Positions 55,238 through 64,000 of a stretch of 64,000 nt of DNA are shown one piece after another. Made by a program: the position numbers and the translations under genes. This DNA is from Eledone cirrhosa. Taxonomy: Eukaryota. The notes under the pieces were generated by a model. The model searched no databases and had not been told where the DNA came from. It saw nothing but the letters and a program-made list of their open reading frames with translations. How positions within the stretch are numbered: the first letter of the stretch is position 1; the number at the start of each line of letters is the position of its first letter. The stretch lies in contig OZ024740.1 in the NCBI GenBank assembly GCA_964016885.1, positions 343,356,001 through 343,420,000 of the forward strand, read 5' to 3'.

Positions 55238-56110
55238 TACAAATTTTAGTACAGCATCAACGAAGCTTTAGGCTGCGGCTAAGCTAACGAATGCAAATTC
55301 GGAATGTAGCTTTAGCACTCGATGGAGAATAATAGCCCAGAGTAATAACAATACATTTAGACAGCTTTGCAAATCAAATATAACGATCAGCAGTCCAGCC
55401 GCATTGCCATAGCAACGAAAAAGCCTGGACTCAGGAAAAGATTTTTGATTGACCTGGACCATCACGCAGAGACCGAATGCAATACATAATGCATATCGTA
55501 TAGCACACGATATACATCACATATAACATACAACATCCACGCTAGGTTTCTGTAAATCCGAGATCGACTAATTCCGCTTGCAGGGGTCTGCAAGTTAATG
55601 GCATTTGACGACAGAACAAAGGATTTACTTCGCCAACAAGTCTTGCGTTCTATAGCCTCAGCGGATGTGTTCTAGCAGTAAATTTCGCTAAAGACGCGTG
55701 GTTTTCTCCAAGGGAGGTAACCCCCGTTTTGGCAGTGAGTTCAAAATTTGAGACAAAGGAATGAAATTCCCTTAGACAAACCGAATTAAGCACTCAACCA
55801 GAAGTTATCAAACAAACATAAACAATTAATCAATAGAACTGTCTAATTAAATTAATCAGTTAATCGTTAATTCTAGGAGTTAAAATACAAATTTCAGTAC
55901 AGCATTAACGAAGCTTTAGGCTGCGGCTAAGCTAACGAATGCAAATTCGGAATGTAGCTTTAGCACTCGATGGAGAATATTACCCCAGAGTAATAACAAT
56001 ACGTTTAGACAGCTTTGCAAATCAAATATAGCGACCGGCAGTCCAGCCGCATTGCCATAGCAACGAAAAAGACTGGACTCAGGAAAATAATTTTGACTGA
56101 CCTGGACCAT
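55238..56110. mobile_element. (TA)n-flanked non-coding element with a ~225-bp terminal direct repeat (period ~648)
   Basis: ~55238-55462 is repeated at ~55886-56110 with scattered differences. Confidence 0.75.
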
Positions 56111-56117
56111 AACATAT

Positions 56118-56212
<95 letters not shown>

Positions 56213-56285
56213 CTGAAGTAAAAGTTAAGTGGAAATATACAAGAGTAAGAGCACTCAGTCCATAGGACGAGTTATTTTTCTCATG

Positions 56286-56335
56286 ACAGGCTGAATGAAT
56301 TGGGGCCCAGAACCCAACGGAACTTGAGTACCCGT
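56286..56335 (+). ncRNA. Decayed hammerhead-like motif
   Basis: ACAGG-CTGAATGA-ATTGGG...CCCAAC-GGAA-CTTGAG-TA-CCCGT. Correct motif order, two core lesions. Confidence 0.4.
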
Positions 56336-56454
56336 TTATGTCACTGTTGTAATTATATATATATGTGGTGGGGTTGCTTGGATGCGTCCATATGCGGTAT
56401 GCCGGTTGAGCACTCTATGCTCCAACAGACAGGGGATTTGCTTGGAAGTCACTA

Positions 56455-56549
56455 GACGTATCTGAGGAACTTGCGAATCCAGAGTCAGGTTCGATCCACA
56501 AATAGATCGGACCTTGAGATGTTCGCCGGAGAAACAATTGTAATACGTT
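56455..56549 (+). ncRNA. Type I hammerhead ribozyme with long stem II
   Basis: ACGTAT-CTGAGGA-[62-nt hairpin: GCGAA/TTCGC, AGGTTCGATC/GATCGGACCT]-GAAA-CAATTG-TA-ATACGT. Confidence 0.8.
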
Positions 56550-56718
56550 AATAAATTGTGTTCCAATGCATCACTGACTCTTCGTTTTCCATATTATATA
56601 TATATATATATATATATATAATATGGAAAACGAAGAGTCATATGTATATATATACATACTACTCTACGTCTGTATACATATATGTATGTATGTATACATA
56701 CATGCATACTATATATAC

Positions 56719-56846
<128 letters not shown>

Positions 56847-57250
56847 GTATATATAGTATGCATGTATGTATACATACATACATATATGTATACAGACGTA
56901 GAGTAGTATGTATATATATACATACACGTACACATACATATAACACGTATCGGTTTACCGAACATTTATTATAATGCTCGGTTTGTTTGTTTGTAAACAA
57001 ACAGCCCAAATTACACCGTACAGTGTTTAGTGCGTGTATGTATATATATACATACTACTGTACGTCTGTATACATATATGTATATACGTATACATACATG
57101 CATACTTACGTTTGAGTAAGTGCCGTACTAAGAGTGAGAAATGAAATTTCGTTTCATTCTATTCCATTTATCCTTTTCGGTGTGCCCGGCCGACTGAACT
57201 CACACGATATGCGAGTTGGGCAGACGTTCAGCCATCTGGCAGGAAGGTAT

Positions 57251-57293
57251 ACGATGCTGACGATAGCTAATAAGCTTGAAACTAGTACATCGT
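57251..57293 (+). ncRNA. Minimal type I hammerhead ribozyme (R1)
   Basis: ACGATG-CTGACGA-T-AGCT-AATA-AGCT-T-GAAA-CTAG-TA-CATCGT, with a fully Watson-Crick stem I. Confidence 0.9.
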
Positions 57294-57697
57294 TCCTGTG
57301 TCAGTGTTGAACAAAAAAAGGTGACGTGGTTGCCTAAACACTGTACGGTGTAATTCGGGATGTTTGTTTGTTTACAAACAAACAAACCGAGCATTATAAT
57401 AAGTGTTCGGTAAACCGATACATCCTATATGTATGTGTGCGTGTATGTATATATATACATACTACTGTATTTCTGTATACATATATGTATGTACGTATAC
57501 ATACATGCATACTTACGTTTGAGTAAGTGCCGTACTAAGAGTGAGAAATGAAATTTCGTTTCATTCTATTCCATTTATCGTTTTCGGTGTGCCCGGCCGA
57601 GTGAACTCACTCGATATGCGAGTTGGGCTGCTCAGCCGTTGGTGTGCATAAGGAAAGTATATACTTTCAGACTTTCAATCATCTGGCAGGAAGGTAT

Positions 57698-57740
57698 ACG
57701 ATGCTGACGATAGCTAATAAGCTTGAAACTAGTACATCGT
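57698..57740 (+). ncRNA. Minimal type I hammerhead ribozyme (R1)
   Basis: Identical to 57251-57293. Confidence 0.9.
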
Positions 57741-58051
57741 TCCTGTGTCAGTGTTGAACAAAAAAAGGTGACGTGGTTGCCTAAACACTGTACGGTGTAA
57801 TTCGGGATGTTTGTTTGTTTACAAACAAACAAACCGAGCATTATAATAAGTGTTCGGTAAACCGATACATCCTATATGTATGTGTGCGTGTATGTATATA
57901 TATACATACTACTGTATGTCTGTATACATATATGTATGTACGTATACATACATGCATACTTACGTTTAAGTAAGTGCCGTACTAAGAGTGAGAAATGAAA
58001 TTTCGTTTCATTCTATTCCATTTATATATATATATATATTTCTATACTTTA

Positions 58052-58085
<34 letters not shown>

Positions 58086-58362
58086 TAAAATATGTCTTTA
58101 GAATCACTAGATATAATATATACCATTTCCTCTCCCAATTAGTATAATTAACCATATAAAAAATCAATTAGACCAAGCTATAAGAATAAAGGCTCCTATG
58201 AAGAAATCTTCGACAAATAACCGAAAGCATCCCCTTCGCGGTGGCTACAATAGCTTATTTATCCAACATTTCGACAGCATGTAAAAATCGACCAGATATA
58301 CAGTCAACTAAACACAATTAGGTGTAAAATTGAACTTAGAAGAATTGCGTACATACCAAATT

Positions 58363-58440
58363 ACCACTACCATGGTTTCATCCGTATTTTAAGACATCCG
58401 ATAACAAGGTATGTCCAGAGCTTCGGAATAATCAGGAGCG
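58363..58440 (-). ncRNA. Decayed hammerhead-like motif in a (TA)n-flanked cassette (~58084-58545)
   Basis: Minus strand CTGATTA-T-TCCG...CGGA-T-GAAA-CCATGG-TA. Palindromic stem III, one core change, weak stem I. Confidence 0.45.
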
Positions 58441-58561
58441 AGCTCAAAATAAGACATTTAATTTTCCAAAGTGATCGCGCCAAAAATACATTAAAAAATG
58501 GTTAAGAATCGTGACGTGGCAGCGGGCATATATCTACGACTTCATATATATATGTAAATCT

Positions 58562-58632
<71 letters not shown>

Positions 58633-58781
58633 ATACTTTGGGAGGGTCATGTTGCCAATAAGAAACACACGCACCAGTTGCTTTCACTTCAATTTATTAT
58701 AATAAATTTATAATAAATTTATAAATTTATAAATTTCTGGTTGGTTGGTTGGTTCCACAACCAGATAGTTGTTTATATATT

Positions 58782-58824
58782 GTCATAGTTCTTTCGTCAC
58801 ACACCCTGTGACCTCTTCAGTGAC
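58782..58824 (-). ncRNA. Minimal type I hammerhead in the PLE 3' UTR (left arm)
   Basis: GTCA-CTGAAGA-G-GTCAC-AGGGTGT-GTGAC-GAAA-GAAC-TA-TGAC. Confidence 0.7.
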
Positions 58825-59309
58825 TGGGGATTCCTTTCTTTGTTTCTGTGCCTCTCCTTTGTTCTGTCCTACGCCATTTTGTTTCTGTGTGTGTGTTGTG
58901 TGCTCAGTCTGCGCATGCGCCACATCCGGGTGTGTGTTTATGTTCATTTATTTATTTGTTTATTTACATGTTACTGGTTGGTTGTTTGTTCTATGTGCGT
59001 GTGTGTTTTCATTTTGTCCTTAATTGTAAGTTGTGATGTTGCTGTTCCACTCATATTTTCTATTTAATTTTGGTTGTAATTCTTTTATGTTTATTGCCTC
59101 TGTAATTTGTCTAAACATTGCGTCTTTTCTGTGTGTAGATTCTATTTTTAATTCTATGTTCTCTAATTTACCCTTGTGTTCTATTTTAGCATGTTGGTAG
59201 AGTACAGATGATTCTTTACTATCTTGAAGGTCTCGCCAGTGTTCATTTATCCGTTCCCCTACACTACGAGCTGTCTCACCTATGTATACTATATACACTA
59301 TAAAATATA

Positions 59310-59579
59310 GTGTACATAGGTGAGACAGCTCGTAGTGTAGGGGAACGGATAAATGAACACTGGCGAGACCTTCAAGATAGTAAAGAATCATCTGTACTCT
59401 ACCAACATGCTAAAATAGAACACAAGGGTAAATTAGAGAACATAGAAATAAAAATAGAATCTACACACAGAAAAGACGCAATCTTTAGACAAATTACAGA
59501 GGCAATAAACATAAAAGAATTACAACCAAAATTAAATAGAAAATATGAATGGAACAGCAACATCACAACTTACAATTAA
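59310..59579 (+). pseudogene. GIY-YIG endonuclease C-terminal fragment (mirror copy on the minus strand at ~59020-59289)
   Basis: YIGETARSVGERINEH...RQITEAINIKELQPKLNRKYEW contains the YIG, R..EH, E and LN motifs of PLE endonucleases. Confidence 0.88.
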
Positions 59580-60257
59580 GGACAAAATGAAAACACACAC
59601 ACGCATAGAACAAACAACCAACCAGTAACATGTAAATAAACAAATAAATAAATGGACATAAACACACACAGACACTTGGATGTGGCGCATGCGCAGACTG
59701 AGCACACAACACACACACAGAAACAAAATGGCGTAGGACAGAACAAAGGAGAGGCACAGAAACAAAGAAAGGAATCCCCGGTCACAGAGTGTGTGACGAA
59801 AGAAATCTGACAATATATAAACAACTATCTGGTTGTGGAACCAACCAACCAACCAGAAATTTATAAATTTATAAATTTATTATAAATTTATTATAATAAA
59901 TTGAAGTGAAAGCAACTGGTGTGTGTGTTTCTTATTGGCAACATGACCCTCCCAAAGTATAACAATATCGGTTTCAACACACGATTTCAGATAAAGAATC
60001 TTGCTAAACAAATTCAGAAACGATATATATATATCATAGATTGAGTTAGAAACTCAAAATAGTCTTTTACAATTAAATAGCTCAAAGAAGGGAATCTTTC
60101 CGAGCCGTGTAATATAATTGGATATATAAGAGGGATGAACACAGATATAAGTATACCTGTATTCCAATTGCAAATGACCAAGTCAGGCAAACCATATTGT
60201 TTTAAACTACATCCCTCTCATATATCCAATTATATATATATATATATATATATATAA

Positions 60258-61980
60258 ATATCTTTAAGTCGTTTGGAAGCCTCGACAATGCAAATGGGTA
60301 AATCTCCGGGTAACAAGATCCTGTGGTGGAGAGAGAGATGTAAGTGGGTGTACCTTGAGATGCGTGGTGTGTAAAGATGTGTAAATGTGTAGAAGAAAGA
60401 AGGGAAGAGTATAAAGGATAAAATAAAAATAACAACACAAGAGAGAGTTACCTTGGGAGAGATTTAATAGTCCCTATATATTTCGGACTCACATCTATCA
60501 ACTGGGTTTTTTTTCCGGGGTAAAGGTTGTCTGTCGGACAGGTGCGAAACGCGTCCTCCGCTGTTTGTTGTTTTGAATATCTGAGGTATTCGGTAGAGCG
60601 CGCGTGCGCTTGAAATGGGCTCGGTCGGGCAGAGGTCAGCGGCCGAATGAGGGAGTGGGGTGGCGCTAGCTGTCAGTCCATTCTCTGCCTGTTTGTTAAA
60701 TGTTACTGTGTGTGTGTGTGCGTGTGTTGTTGTCTCGCTTGAGTGTGTGTGTGTGTGCGTGAGTAGTTGCCTTGTTCCTCTGTATTGGCAGTGTAGTATG
60801 TTCGTATGGTGGAATGCTACTGTGTGTGTGTGTGTGTGTAGTTGTCTCGTTTGTGTGTGCGTGTATTGTGTGTTGCTACATCGTTTGTTAACTTAAACCA
60901 GCCATCTCATTTCGCTTCTCTCTAATCGGTTGTTTATTTGCGGTTGCAGGCTTTTGATAAAAAGTGCTTCCTTGATACGTAACGTGCCGACGTTTCTTTC
61001 AGTCGCTAGAATTGTGACAATGGGCCTTCCGTCTTTGTTTCCGCATTTGTCTATGTGTTTCTGGAAAGACGAGGCCCTGGTTTTAGTGTGTTCCTTGATC
61101 CGGATGTGCAAAGGTCGGATTGTGCTACCTATGTAGTATTGGTTGCACCTGTCACATTCTATCTTATACACGACGTATTTGCGTAGGCAACAGTTCGCAT
61201 GGCGTATCGGGCAGTCTCTGAGGGAGCATGCGTCAGTAGATTTCCCGGGTTTCTTGGAGAGGCATCTTCGCAGGGAGGGGCCCGAGTGGGCCAGGTGGAT
61301 GTCGAGGCCTTCCCTCCGTATAGCCTTGCAGATAGCGTTGGTGGTATTCTCGCCCAGATGTGGAATTTTAAGGAAACACTTGCCTTGGGTGCCTCTCTGT
61401 CTCTTGTGTCTGGTGTCTCCTATTCTGTCTGTGATCGAGGTAGGGTACCCGTTCGTCTCCAGCACCTCGAGTAATCGCTTGGTATGAGTGACACCACTCG
61501 CGGGATCGCTGCATCTGTTTTTGATTCGCGCGATCTCGTTCGTGATGTATCATCTTTTGGCACTGTTAGCGAGGGCGGACTTGTAGTGAACGAACAAGTC
61601 CCTGCAGGCTGCCTTTCGGTAGAAGTTGCAGTGGATCCTTCCCTGTTCCGTAATGTTGATTCGGAAGTCGAGGAGTGCAAGTGACCCGTCTTCGTTGGGG
61701 TGTTCAACACTGAAGTCAATGTTCTCGTCCGTGTTGTTGAACGTCTCATAGATTCTGTTCGCCGTGTCTTGGGAAGATGTGAGGATGAGGATATCGTCCA
61801 CGTGCCTTGAGAAAAAGGCTACGGCGTTGGGGTGGCAGGCGTTGAGTGCCTTGCGTTCGAGGTTGTCCATGTAAGAGATCGCTAGCACACCTGATAGGCT
61901 TGATCCCATGGGCAATCCCGAGGTTTGTTGGTATGTTTGGTCAAGGAATCCGAAGTAGGTGTTGTCGACGACGATGGATA
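60258..61980 (-). mobile_element. 5'-truncated Penelope-like element (RT plus GIY-YIG, Naiad-like), 3' end at (TA)n
   Basis: RT motifs TYFGF..YQQTSGLPMGSSLS, RHVDDIL, LALLD, YRK, followed by the endonuclease VVYKIECDRCNQYYIGSTIRPLHIRIKEH...KEALFIKSLQPQIN. Confidence 0.88.
60893..61978 (-). pseudogene. PLE RT-GIY-YIG reading frame with one in-frame TGA (61550-61552) and HVDD in place of YVDD
   Basis: ORFs 61550-61915 and 60893-61465 are in the same frame, joined by YITNEIARIKNRCSDP...LETNGYP. Confidence 0.85.
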
Positions 61981-63334
61981 CCCTTGTATAACAGGGGTTC
62001 CAGAAACTTATCTGAGATTTTATCGTTTATATCGATTTTAATCAATCAGAGATGGTTCAGGTATGAAAAACCTTTTTGTATCTATCGTTATTTTGTTGTA
62101 TGTATAATTTGTGCCTTTGGTCGGATCTCTTGGTGTCACATTTTATAACTATGGTGTTTAACGCTGGATTTAATGTTTGTTTTTAACTTTCGATCCGTAG
62201 CTCTGTGAATGCCTCAAAACAAATCGAATAATGCAGCTAAAGCTCGATTTACAAATATTATATATTATAACATTACTGGATGTGAAATATCTGAAAAGAA
62301 GACGGAATTATCATGACTAGAATAGCAGTAGAGAGATTGTCAAAGCAGTAATATTTCTCATATGTGAGAACAATGTCCATTGAATTTCAGTGCTTAAAAA
62401 ACTTTGAATAAACCGGGCTCTAAACATGTATAAAAGAAGATTTCTTGTAATGTCTACAAAATACTCACACAAACATCACCAAATAACAAGAGTTACAAAT
62501 ATCCCAGAATCATACATGTCTTCAGAGGAATATTAATAACATTGACAGCAACACTAGCGAATATAGTTGTTATGTCCTTGCAAACATCACTGGTTCACAG
62601 ATATTTAGAAATAAATGCTTCACTAACAAAAATAAACTTTGTAACAGTGACACCAAATTTCTAATCATTCTGCAATACAGCATTAATGAAATCAAAAATA
62701 CATTTATGAAGCTTATCAATGTTATTATCACACACGACATGTGTTGGAAGAAGTACTAATATGTATAGAATGCCATTATATTCTAAAACAATTGTTCTAC
62801 GTTTTTACATTTCCAATACAAGCTATTTTCATATAACATGATCTGTTGTATATATATATATAACATGTATAAGTATAGATAAATCTAAAAACGTATCACA
62901 CACGGCAACATAAGACTAAAACTCCATTTACACACGAGAAGTACTCAATCTCGTAAAAACCGGTGACAACCTCAAACGCAGTACAGTAAAACCATTGGCA
63001 GGAGAAATATACTTGGTAGCAAACAACTAAATAAAGAAAAACAGAAAACATAAAAAGGCTAGCATTTGTATCCAACATAAAAACAAAATGGTAAAACTCT
63101 ATATTGAATAATTATCAGTATCAATAGAAACAATGGTTACACCATATTCTATGTCACAATAACAACCTGGAATAATATGCTCATACTGCAACACAACGAA
63201 AAACCTTTTATTTTCACTATAAAATAGTTGAAAATAAATCGCCGATATACTACTTCAGACGGAAAAAGAACCTCGCATCTAATGTAAGCTGTTTGCTCAT
63301 CAGAAAGTTTCTGATCGGTAAAAAGCAAAAGAGA

Positions 63335-64000
63335 CATCTAAAAATTCAAAAGTTTCAGGGTCAGACAACATTACAGACCTATCAATATCTAGGACCTAAA
63401 GGAACACTACACACACTTGCGTCTACAACTACTCGCATGAACACCGTCGCATTCCTAGAATCTAGAAGCTGATAAAAATTATAACAATTCAAAATCCCAA
63501 GCGAAGTAGCATCTAACAGACTCATCACTTTCCTATGAACACTTTCATAATGCATAGAAAACTAACACTCTACAACTAATCAGCATCTGGCTCTCTCTAA
63601 ATCACTACACGAATTCAGATCACAACACTCAGCCAATTTATTACACACAAACCAAACAGAAAATACATGATGGGTTCAACATCAAAAATCCTTTTACACG
63701 AAGCATTCTAATTACTATTGATATCAGCCATTATTTTCCACTGTTCACGTATACAATTAATACTCAACTCCACCATAAGAAACAATACAAAACGCTGGCC
63801 ATCAGTCTGATAAGCCTATGTAGTATGCAAGTAGAAAACTTCCAATATATGCAATCTCCAGAATGGATTACTTTAAGAATCTCTCATTGACTCTTTTAAC
63901 TTATAACTGCACACATTTCCAAAAACATTCTCGCTTTGATTATATTACAGCTACAATTATACTCAACATAACTCCTGTTAGTCTTCAGTCAAGGACCTGT
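63335..64000 (+). pseudogene. Heavily decayed LINE RT (Jockey/I-like)
   Basis: Fragments across frameshifts: KNSKVSGSDNI, IPRI*KLIKIITI, HEFRSQHS, IHDGFNIKNPFTRSILITIDISH. Confidence 0.5.

Larger units (their letters stand above)
56857..58023 (+). mobile_element. Retrozyme-like family R1, locus C (inverted 5' arm plus more than 2 tandem monomers, period 447)
   Basis: 56857-57030 is inverted. HHRs start at 57251 and 57698. Ends in (TA)n. Confidence 0.85.
58624..60022. mobile_element. PLE 3' end present as a ~1.3 kb head-to-head palindrome
   Basis: 58624-59294 is the reverse complement of 59305-59967. Both arms encode a GIY-YIG C-terminal half. (TA)n on both flanks. Confidence 0.9.

Overview
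AT-rich, microsatellite-dense animal DNA. The repeat content (tRNA-head SINEs, RTE tails, R4/Dong LINEs, Penelope-like elements) suggests an invertebrate such as a coleoid cephalopod; this is an inference. No host protein-coding gene could be called with confidence, and nearly all listed ORFs are simple-repeat artefacts. The real coding material is retroelement-derived: a tandem pair of 5'-truncated R4/Dong-type RT-RLE elements in (TAA)n, Penelope-like element (PLE) RT and GIY-YIG pieces, and RTE, CRE-like and Jockey/I-like remnants. The main signal not shown by the ORF track is a set of type I hammerhead ribozymes (HHRs). One non-coding family with a ~450-480 nt monomer (retrozyme-like; called R1 here) has six well-formed HHR copies plus two decayed older ones. 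It occurs in head-to-tail tandems with fold-back 5' ends, always beside (TA)n. Several unrelated HHR cassettes, intact or decayed, also sit between (TA)n tracts next to PLE remnants that could have mobilised them. All RNA structures were paired by eye and need computational and biochemical confirmation.
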